From Treponemataceae bacterium (GTDB taxonomy: Bacteria > Spirochaetota > Spirochaetia > Treponematales > Treponemataceae), in contig DATFIA010000304.1 of the NCBI GenBank assembly GCA_035270545.1, positions 1,945-65,944 on the forward strand: a stretch of 64,000 nucleotides of DNA, written 5' to 3'. The notes under the pieces are model-generated. The model had not been told where the DNA came from and did no database searches. It saw only the letters and a list, made by a program, of their open reading frames with translations. This document shows positions 48,470-55,603 of this stretch, in pieces. Each line of letters opens with the position of its first letter. Within the stretch, counting starts at the first letter, position 1. Both the position numbers and the translations under genes were made by a program.

Positions 48470-50425
48470 TTATTGTTTACCATTTTGCTTATTAAAATTT
48501 GAAATTGAATTAGATTGATTTTGGAGACTATTTAAGGCTCCTTCCATCTTTCCATATTTATTTTTTAACTCTGATTCTTTGTTTTCTAGTTGTTGATCAA
48601 GACTCGCAATTTTCTTTTCCGAATTTGTAATTCTACTGGCTAGCCCATTTGTCCGAGTAGAAAAAATACCCCCTGTTTGAACGTAAGGAGTTATTTGGTT
48701 ATCAAGAGAAAACCCTACTCCTGTGTCTATAACAAGATCCCCATCAGTATCAGATCCAAATAACAATTTAACGCTTTCTATAGAATTTTTGAGACTTTCA
48801 TCTAGTTTCTTTTCATCAATTTCTAAATAGCCTCTAAGTCGAGAGGAATCAATACCTCCTCCAGTTCCCGATTTGGTAGAAATTCCAAGCTGAGAAAGTA
48901 AGGTAATTGTTGTGTTTTCTCCAGTATTATAAGGAGTTGTAGTTACTCTTTGTAGTGCATATTTAATTCCATTAAGAGTTGTGTCCCCTTGCATAGTGCC
49001 AAGTTTCTCTTCTGCTTCTTTTTTTTCATCTGGGGTAAAATATTGAATTTCGGTAATAATTTCTGGTTTTGTTTGTGTGAGAATATTAATTTCTGCCATT
49101 AATCTATTATAACTTCCAACAAGGGATATTATTGTTTCTTTTGCGACTTCTGTATCAGGTTTTACGGTAATTGTTGCTGTTTTATCAGTTGGTTCATAGA
49201 GTGTTAGTGTTACACCGGGAACAAGATCATCTATGCTGTTTGTACTTCGCGTAATGTTAATGCCTTCATAGGATAGTAGTGCATCTTGTGCTATAGAGAC
49301 GGGATTTACTGGTATAAATTCCCCTGCAGCCTTAGGATCAAATATCCGAATGTTTTCTATAGAAATATTTTTATCTGTGTTTCTATTATGCACCAATAAT
49401 GCATTAACATCTCCAAATTCAGAAAGGGCTACCGTAATTGTAGTTTTATTGGGTGTAGAAGGAGCTTCTTCGCCAGGTATTGCAATGCCACGTGTGGATC
49501 GCAATGATAAAACGTTATTATCAATAATTGGTTCTGTAGGCTCTTTTATAGGAGGAGTAGAAAGTGCTGTTTCAAAAGGTGCATTTTGGATTGTAATATC
49601 GGAATATGTAATAGTCGGTGGTATTCCAGTATCTGGTTCTAAGGCTGAAGAAGTACTTTCTTCATGAGTATTTTTTTCAGACCAAGATATGTCATATTCA
49701 AGTATAAATCCGTCACTAGCTCGCACAGGTGAAGAAAAATTTACAATAGTATTGGATAGGGGAGTGGCAGTTACTGCTGTTTGTGAAACTGTTATTACAG
49801 ACTTGTCGTTTTTTTTAATAATTCCTGTATCAAGGGCAAAGGTGAGAGCGTCTTCACTAAAAACAAGACGTTGAGAAGATCCAGTTTTTTGTGACTCTAT
49901 TAGAAGCGCTCTTGAATCTTTTGTAATTTGTATAAGAGAAGCCCTAATAAGACCTTCACCTCTCCGATTCAAAGCTTCTATAAACTCAGAGTATCCGCCA
50001 CCTTTCCATCCAAAGGTAAGGTTTTTATCACCTACTGAAAATTTGTAATTTCCCTTTGGTACTTTTCCATCCTTGGCTATTTCAGCAGAAAGAAAACTAT
50101 CGCTGGCTGCAATTTGTTTGATATTCATTTTAAAAGACTGATCACGTGCTTCTCGTGTGGCAGAAACTGATAAAGCTCGATCATTTGTCGATTCACCAAT
50201 TTTTTCAGTGAATGGATTATTATATGAATAAAGGGTTTTTGCTGAATCTCTTAGATTCGTGCTTAGTTGATTTAAATTTCTCCAAACAGTTTGTTGTGCT
50301 TTATAATCTTCTAGTTGTTTTTGTTCTCTATTACGAGGTACCTTCTCAACATTCATGAGTCCTTCAATGAGTTTATCGGTACCATATTTACTTGCCGTTA
50401 CACCCGGGATACTAATGTCGGACAA
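48470..50425 (-). CDS. fliD: Flagellar filament capping protein (hook-associated protein 2)
   Basis: MSDISIPGVTASKYGTDKLIEGLMNVEKVP N-terminus and a coiled-coil C-terminus. TTG start with GAGGAG 8 nt upstream. Confidence 0.92.
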   Translation of the reverse strand: MSDISIPGVTASKYGTDKLIEGLMNVEKVPRNREQKQLEDYKAQQTVWRNLNQLSTNLRDSAKTLYSYNNPFTEKIGESTNDRALSVSATREARDQSFKMNIKQIAASDSFLSAEIAKDGKVPKGNYKFSVGDKNLTFGWKGGGYSEFIEALNRRGEGLIRASLIQITKDSRALLIESQKTGSSQRLVFSEDALTFALDTGIIKKNDKSVITVSQTAVTATPLSNTIVNFSSPVRASDGFILEYDISWSEKNTHEESTSSALEPDTGIPPTITYSDITIQNAPFETALSTPPIKEPTEPIIDNNVLSLRSTRGIAIPGEEAPSTPNKTTITVALSEFGDVNALLVHNRNTDKNISIENIRIFDPKAAGEFIPVNPVSIAQDALLSYEGINITRSTNSIDDLVPGVTLTLYEPTDKTATITVKPDTEVAKETIISLVGSYNRLMAEINILTQTKPEIITEIQYFTPDEKKEAEEKLGTMQGDTTLNGIKYALQRVTTTPYNTGENTTITLLSQLGISTKSGTGGGIDSSRLRGYLEIDEKKLDESLKNSIESVKLLFGSDTDGDLVIDTGVGFSLDNQITPYVQTGGIFSTRTNGLASRITNSEKKIASLDQQLENKESELKNKYGKMEGALNSLQNQSNSISNFNKQNGKQ

Positions 50426-50429
50426 ATAT

Positions 50430-50460
50430 GTATCTCCTCATTAAAAATATGCAGAGATAC
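50430..50460 (-). promoter_or_regulatory. Hairpin GUAUCUC-N17-GAGAUAC overlapping the 3' half of the fliD SD
   Basis: Arms 50454-50460 and 50430-50436. SD GAGGAG is at 50434-50439. Confidence 0.4.
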
Positions 50461-50504
50461 GATAGTAATACACTTCGGCAAAGATATATCCCAGGACGGT
50501 AATC

Positions 50505-50873
50505 CTAGATGGATTCGTCAAAAAGAAGGCCTAGGGCTTCTTTGATCCTGATTTGTAATCTTTGTATCTCAGCAGATGGAATTTCTCTTATTACTTTATC
50601 GGTACTTGAATCGATAACCTTGATTACAACACGATTTAGATCATCATTAACTCTGAACTGTAATTTGCGATCAAACATAGTAGATAAGTTCTGCATTTGT
50701 TCCACAAATTCAATTGCATGTTGTTTTTCTTGAGAAATTTGTTGTTGTTCATGTGCCTGTACGGCTGTCTGTAAAGCTACTGTTGTAGTTCTCAAAGATG
50801 AATTGACTGAACCTTCAAGACGGCGATCCATTGCCGTTATTTGCTGACCGATGCTGGCTATTTCCATGCTCAT
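50505..50873 (-). CDS. flaG: FlaG-family flagellar protein
   Basis: LQFRVNDDLNRVVIKVIDSSTDKVIREIPSAE is a typical FlaG C-terminus. ATG 50873 lies 6 nt after AAGGAGG. Confidence 0.88.
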   Translation of the reverse strand: MSMEIASIGQQITAMDRRLEGSVNSSLRTTTVALQTAVQAHEQQQISQEKQHAIEFVEQMQNLSTMFDRKLQFRVNDDLNRVVIKVIDSSTDKVIREIPSAEIQRLQIRIKEALGLLFDESI

Positions 50874-50879
50874 CGACAA

Positions 50880-50918
50880 CCTCCTTGAAAGAAAATCTCT
50901 ATGTATCTTCCTTGATAC
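50880..50918 (-). promoter_or_regulatory. CsrA-type bipartite site in the flaG-fliD leader: hairpin GUAUC-AAGGAA-GAUAC plus SD AAGGAGG
   Basis: Hairpin at 50903-50918 and SD at 50880-50886. The two GGA motifs are 27 nt apart. Confidence 0.5.
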
Positions 50919-51011
50919 ACATGTACCATTTCTGATACAAAAATATTTTTACCCTTTTTTAGGGTTTAGTACAAAAGACGGAGGAAGAAGGGCGCATCTT
51001 CTTCTTCCGTT

Positions 51012-51049
51012 AAAAAAAAAATTAAGAGATGACGTCCAGAATTCTCTTA
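51012..51049 (-). terminator. Rho-independent terminator after flaB (51063..51917)
   Basis: TAAGAGA-N13-TCTCTTA followed by a U-run (plus-strand A10). Confidence 0.8.
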
Positions 51050-51062
51050 GTTTTTTTCCCTA

Positions 51063-51917
51063 CTATTGAATCAGTCTGAGGACTGATTGTGGTTGGGAGT
51101 TTGCCTGTGCGAGCATTGCGCTACCTGCCTGACTTAAGATTTGATTTTTTGTAAAATCAACCATTTCTTCAGCCATATTAGTATCACGAATGCGTGATTC
51201 TGCAGCTTGTAAGTTTTCTGCTGCTATTCCGATACCCTTTGAAGCCATTTCAAATCTGTTTTGATATGCACCGAGATCTGCTCGTTGTTTATTTAAAGAT
51301 TTGAGTGCTGAGTCAAGGGATGCTATTGCCATATTTGCGCCATCAACAGATGAAAGTGAAATCATAGAATCTTCCGTTCCCTGTATTCCGCTAAGACCAA
51401 GTGCCGTTGCGGTCATGGTCCCGATAAAAATCTTTTCATTCTGATCGACGTTAGCGCCGACCTGAAGTTGCATTGGTCCTGTTGCGGAGTCCTTTGCAAA
51501 CCTTCCGGTAAGAATATTCATACCATTAAACTGGGCATGGCTAGCAATGCGGTTTACCTCATCAACTAGTTGTGAAACTTCAACCTGGATTTGCATCCTG
51601 TCTTCAGCGGAATAAATTCCGTTTGCAGATTGGATAGACAGTTCACGAAGTCGTTGAACAATGTCTGTAGTTTCAGCCAGATAACCTTCGGTTGCCTGAA
51701 TGAAAGAAACACCATTCTGGATGTTTTTATTAGCCTGGTTGAGTCCTCTGATTTGGCTTCTCATCTTTTCAGATACAGCTAAACCGGAAGCATCGTCTCC
51801 TGCTTTGTTAATTCGTTGTCCGCTTGAGAGCTTCTCTATGTTCGACTGTAGACCCGCATCTAAAATACCAGTCTGTCGCTGAGCATACATTGCACTCATG
51901 TTGTGATTAATGACCAT
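51063..51917 (-). CDS. flaB: Flagellar filament core flagellin FlaB
   Basis: [42 protein letters not shown]-terminal [25 protein letters not shown]. Confidence 0.96.
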   Translation of the reverse strand: MVINHNMSAMYAQRQTGILDAGLQSNIEKLSSGQRINKAGDDASGLAVSEKMRSQIRGLNQANKNIQNGVSFIQATEGYLAETTDIVQRLRELSIQSANGIYSAEDRMQIQVEVSQLVDEVNRIASHAQFNGMNILTGRFAKDSATGPMQLQVGANVDQNEKIFIGTMTATALGLSGIQGTEDSMISLSSVDGANMAIASLDSALKSLNKQRADLGAYQNRFEMASKGIGIAAENLQAAESRIRDTNMAEEMVDFTKNQILSQAGSAMLAQANSQPQSVLRLIQ

Positions 51918-51922
51918 TATGA

Positions 51923-51961
51923 CCCTCCATGAAGTCTTGTATATCCGGCAATCCTTGCCAG
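51923..51961 (-). promoter_or_regulatory. CsrA-type bipartite site in the flaB leader: hairpin CUGGCA-AGGAU-UGCCGG plus SD GGAGGG
   Basis: Hairpin at 51945-51961 (contains a U.G pair that exists only in the minus-strand RNA). SD at 51923-51928. The GGA motifs are 26 nt apart. Confidence 0.55.
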
Positions 51962-52189
51962 AAAACGATACTGTGTGTCCACTTTACCTAATTCAAAAGA
52001 TATTAGCGCCTCTTTCGTTTCGATTAAATGAATTAACAGCACGGATAGTCCTGCTTAACTCTTTAAGTTGAGATGAACAGGACTGTCTGTGCCGTGACAC
52101 ACGGTCTCCAGGATGGTATTTTTCAAAGAACATTGGCCGTTTTTTTTCTGGCCGATAATAAATACTAGACTTTTTAAAAGTACTGATGA

Positions 52190-52219
52190 GAGGGTTCTCA
52201 GGAATCCCTGAAAACCCTC
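52190..52219 (-). terminator. Possible terminator hairpin after flaB (52238..53098)
   Basis: GAGGGTT..(TCAGG-N4-CCTGA)..AACCCTC. Only a short, displaced U-run follows. Confidence 0.4.
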
Positions 52220-52237
52220 ATACAACAGTATACTACG

Positions 52238-53098
52238 TTATCTCAGAAGAGACAATACTTGCTGACTATTTGTATTAGCCTGCGCAAGCATTGCAGTTCC
52301 AGCCTGTGAAAGCACCTGGTTCTTGGTATATTCTACCATTGCAGCTGCCATGTCAGTGTCTCGAATTCGAGATTCTGCTGCAGAAAGGTTCTCGGAAGCA
52401 ATATTCAAACCGCCAATTGTGTGAGTTAGGCGATTTTGGTATGCACCAAGGTCTGCACGTTGTTTGTTCAGACTCTTCAGAGCTTCGTCGATAGTTCCAA
52501 TACTTCGGTTAGAAGAATCAGCATTTTCGAGAGTCATGATTGAACCGTCTCCAACAGAGCGTACACCGAGAGCAGAAGCAGTCATTGTGCCAATATACAC
52601 GCGTACACGCTGATCCATATTAGCTCCAATATGGAACCACATAGAACCAGTGATGGTGTTTTCGCCAGTTTCCCGTGCAAAACGACCAGTAAGCATGTTC
52701 ATGCCGTTAAACTGAGCTGAACTCGCAATTCTGTCTACTTCTGCGACTAATTGAGAAACTTCAACTTGAATCTGCATTCTGTCTTCTGCGGAATAAATTC
52801 CGTTCGATGACTGTACTGCCAATTCACGAATTCTTTGAAGAATGTCGGAAGTTTCCTGTAGATAGCCTTCTGTTGCTTGGATAAAACTGATACCGTTTGA
52901 TGCGTTTTGTGAAGCCTGATTCAAACCGCGAATCTGGCTGCGCATTTTTTCAGATACAGCAAGTCCTGAAGCATCGTCTCCAGCTTTGTTGATGCGCATA
53001 CCGCTTGACAGTTTTGCAATGTCATTGCCTAGAGCACCGTTGGTGACGCCGACTGTTCGCTGAGCGAACATAGCAGAGAGGTTGTGATTGATAACCAT
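52238..53098 (-). CDS. flaB: Flagellar filament core flagellin FlaB (paralog)
   Basis: [14 protein letters not shown] and the same conserved N/C helices. ATG 53098 lies 7 nt after GGAGG; the ORF-track start at 53137 is rejected. Confidence 0.96.
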   Translation of the reverse strand: MVINHNLSAMFAQRTVGVTNGALGNDIAKLSSGMRINKAGDDASGLAVSEKMRSQIRGLNQASQNASNGISFIQATEGYLQETSDILQRIRELAVQSSNGIYSAEDRMQIQVEVSQLVAEVDRIASSAQFNGMNMLTGRFARETGENTITGSMWFHIGANMDQRVRVYIGTMTASALGVRSVGDGSIMTLENADSSNRSIGTIDEALKSLNKQRADLGAYQNRLTHTIGGLNIASENLSAAESRIRDTDMAAAMVEYTKNQVLSQAGTAMLAQANTNSQQVLSLLR

Positions 53099-53104
53099 AG
53101 TAAT

Positions 53105-53148
53105 TCCTCCATGGAATAGTTTTCTTCCGGAAAGCATCCATGCTTCCC
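53105..53148 (-). promoter_or_regulatory. CsrA-type bipartite site in the flaB leader: hairpin GGGAAGC-AUGGAU-GCUUUCC plus SD AUGGAGGAA
   Basis: Hairpin at 53129-53148 (the G.U pair is valid only in the minus-strand RNA). SD at 53105-53110. The GGA motifs are 29 nt apart. Confidence 0.55.
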
Positions 53149-53315
53149 GTCCGGCAATTGAGCAAGCCTTTTAATAAAGACTTAAAGAACAATTACCGAT
53201 CTTGCAGAGATATCTGGTTTTCCGCATACTAGTCAACGACCGTTTGTGAAAAGATACCTATACCTTTATTGTTTCGGCATTACTTTAGTTAATCTTAACC
53301 ATTATTTGGAGAAAA

Positions 53316-54005
53316 ATGAAAAGATTTTGTGTTTTCTGTCAAAACGATTTAATTACTCCATTTATTTCAGATGAAAAGAATTATTTTCGCTGTGAATACT
53401 GTGGTGGTGTTTTTATTAATCCTGGATTACGGCTTTCTTTTGAAAATGAGAAAGATCGTTACCTTTTACATAATAATTCTTTATCGGATGTGGGATATAT
53501 TAGCTATCTTGATCGGTTTTGGAGCGGCATTATTTCTTTTTTATCAGAATCAAAATTGAATAAAAATACTTTAATTTCAATTTTAGACTGGGGAAGTGGA
53601 CCAGAGCCATGCTTTGCAAATTTTCTTCGGGGAAAAGGTTTCATTGTGACTATTTATGACCCTTTTTTTTCACCTGAGCTACCGAAAAAAGGAGTTCTTT
53701 TTGACTGTATTACGTGCATAGAAGTTGTTGAACATTTTTTTGATCCAATTCTCAACTTTTTATTGATCTCTTCTTATTTAAAGGAGGGAGGCCTTCTTGC
53801 TGTATCTACGCATCTTCTCCCCTCGGATAAAAATGCCTTCGATTCATGGTGGTATCGCCAGGATAGTACTCATGTTTCGTTTTACACAGAAAAATCTCTG
53901 CAATTATTGGCTGAACGTAGCGGACTTATTCTTCTTGGATATTCTGGTAATCATACCTGGGTATTTAAAAAAAGAGCTAGTTTTCTTCCCGCCTTACCTC
54001 TATGA
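53316..54005 (+). CDS. Class I SAM-dependent methyltransferase with N-terminal zinc ribbon
   Basis: CVFCQ..CEYCGG cysteine pairs and motif I ILDWGSGPE. Confidence 0.75.
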   Translation: MKRFCVFCQNDLITPFISDEKNYFRCEYCGGVFINPGLRLSFENEKDRYLLHNNSLSDVGYISYLDRFWSGIISFLSESKLNKNTLISILDWGSGPEPCFANFLRGKGFIVTIYDPFFSPELPKKGVLFDCITCIEVVEHFFDPILNFLLISSYLKEGGLLAVSTHLLPSDKNAFDSWWYRQDSTHVSFYTEKSLQLLAERSGLILLGYSGNHTWVFKKRASFLPALPL

Positions 54006-54538
54006 GAAATCTGATCTTTCTCTTCTGGATTTAATTCTGCGACAGTTTTATTGAGTCCATTTACTAACAGAACCGGATCATATCCAAAACCAGCGTTTCC
54101 TTTGCTTATTTCAATAATTGAGCCTTCTAAGGTTTCTTGAATAGAATAAAAACGATCTTTTTCAAGATACAGAATCATATTACAAATAAAACGGGCCGAT
54201 CTTTGTTCTTTTCCCTTTAATCGCGAAATAAGGAGTTCATTTTTTTCAGAATCTGAAATATTTTTACCATTTTCACAGCCATATCGAGCTGAATGGATTC
54301 CTGGTTCCCCATTAAGAGAATCAACTGAGATGCCTGAATCATCTGCAATAACAGGGGCTTTTACAATTTCGTATAAGGTTTGAGCTTTTATTAATGCATT
54401 GCCAAAGAAGCTGTCAGCAGTTTCTTCGGGGTCAAAAGTTATTCCCTCGTCTGAAGGAATAACAATTGTATGAGGAGCAAAAATACGAGACATCTCATCT
54501 CTTTTATGGGCATTTCCTGAGGCAAAATATATTTTCAT
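53951..54538 (-). CDS. rdgB: Non-canonical purine NTP pyrophosphatase (RdgB/HAM1 family)
   Basis: MKIYFASGNAHKRDEM, FGYDP and SHRGKA motifs. Confidence 0.9.
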   Translation of the reverse strand: MKIYFASGNAHKRDEMSRIFAPHTIVIPSDEGITFDPEETADSFFGNALIKAQTLYEIVKAPVIADDSGISVDSLNGEPGIHSARYGCENGKNISDSEKNELLISRLKGKEQRSARFICNMILYLEKDRFYSIQETLEGSIIEISKGNAGFGYDPVLLVNGLNKTVAELNPEEKDQISHRGKAGRKLALFLNTQV

Positions 54539-55434
54539 GTTTCATCAGAATATCGAGGATGCCTTATGTTTGCAAGAGTTGAGTCAATAGTTCCTCTTTT
54601 GATTCCAAGTGTTTTTGATAAAAAACGGTTGCTCGGTCCTATTATGTGTTTTGAAGATTTTTCTTTAAGTTGTTGCCATTGTTTGTTGCAGTAATCATAT
54701 TCATTTTGAAGTCGTGTGTATCTGGGTGACTCTTTCGTTACTTTTTGCATTTCATATTGGCATTTTTGAGCCCTAATGTAATAGTTATTTCTTTTTTCCG
54801 CTTCATCGTGAATTTTTTTATATCTATCCTTGCAATGTATTTTAATTTCATCCAAACGTTCCCTGAGCCAAATTTCGTCTGTTTTTGTTCTTAAAGCTAC
54901 TTTTGAAATAGCAGCATCGTCTAGAAAATATCCTGATTTACAAGCCAATAATAAAATTCTCCGTGCATATATTTCTTCATTCTTTTTTACTTGCATTATT
55001 TCAGGTTCTTTTTTTCTATTTTTCGAATAATCTATTTCGTTTTCGCTACTGAAGGAGCTCCAATCATGAGTATTATTTTTTTCTGCATCGATGCTTAATA
55101 GGCGCGTAGATTCTTCTATTTCCATTATTCGTTGTCTCATCATTTTGGTATATCTATCTTTAATAAATGTGTTGTATGAAAGTTTTACCATCCAATGCAA
55201 ATAGGTTCGGAAAGATGCTTTTTCTGGATTAAAACGAGAAATAAAGCGATCAAACCGTGGATATATCCAAACAATAAAATCGCTTCGGCTATCTTCATCC
55301 AGAAACTCAAGTCTGTATTGATGTAACCGTGTGTATAAAAAGGCACCAAGTGCAGAAATAGCCATGTCCATCGACGTTTTATCCCCATTTTCCTGGGCTT
55401 GCTCTACAAGCCTTATTAATATTTCTTCTGTCAT
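54535..55434 (-). CDS. Sigma-70-family-like protein with long charged insert (region 2-like N-terminus, HTH-like C-terminus)
   Basis: FIVWIYPRFDRFISRFNPEKASFRTYLHWMVKLSYNTFIKDRY resembles sigma region 2. NRFLSKTLGIKRGTIDSTLANIRH resembles the region 4.2 HTH. Recognition by eye only. Confidence 0.5.
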   Translation of the reverse strand: MTEEILIRLVEQAQENGDKTSMDMAISALGAFLYTRLHQYRLEFLDEDSRSDFIVWIYPRFDRFISRFNPEKASFRTYLHWMVKLSYNTFIKDRYTKMMRQRIMEIEESTRLLSIDAEKNNTHDWSSFSSENEIDYSKNRKKEPEIMQVKKNEEIYARRILLLACKSGYFLDDAAISKVALRTKTDEIWLRERLDEIKIHCKDRYKKIHDEAEKRNNYYIRAQKCQYEMQKVTKESPRYTRLQNEYDYCNKQWQQLKEKSSKHIIGPSNRFLSKTLGIKRGTIDSTLANIRHPRYSDET

Positions 55435-55510
55435 AAATATCCTCCTATGAGGAGTAATAGCAAATAGTGTGCCAAAAAATATAAGAGGAATAATGGAGAT
55501 ATTTTGATGG

Positions 55511-55574
55511 ATTCAACCGTTTATTGTTTATTTGAGTTAGATTCAACCAAATCTACATTCAACCGGTTGAATGT
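55511..55574. repeat. Three direct ATTCAACC repeats plus a perfect 20-bp palindrome ACATTCAACCGGTTGAATGT
   Basis: Copies at 55511-55518, 55541-55548 and 55557-55564, with an inverted copy at 55565-55572. Intergenic, upstream of the sigma-like gene. Confidence 0.7.
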
Positions 55575-55603
55575 GATACAGCTATGCAGTGAATAATTCA
55601 GCT

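Noticed and set aside
50977-51010. Second GC-rich hairpin ACGGAAGAAGAAG..CTTCTTCCTCCGT immediately after the flaB terminator U-run (minus strand).
   Set aside because: It is not followed by a U-run in either orientation relevant to a gene end. It may simply reinforce termination or belong to the flaG promoter region. There is no basis for a specific call.
52151-52158. Exact sigma28 -10 consensus GCCGATAA on the plus strand between the two flaB genes.
   Set aside because: There is no TAAA-type -35 at the required spacing (ATTGGCCG sits at N11). Nothing lies downstream on the plus strand except the antisense of flaB. Probably a chance match; kept only as a note.
51063-53098. Nucleotide-level repeats between the two flaB genes (shared N- and C-terminal coding blocks).
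   Set aside because: They are explained by paralogous flagellin genes with conserved terminal helices. This is not a mobile element or a recombination cassette that I can support.
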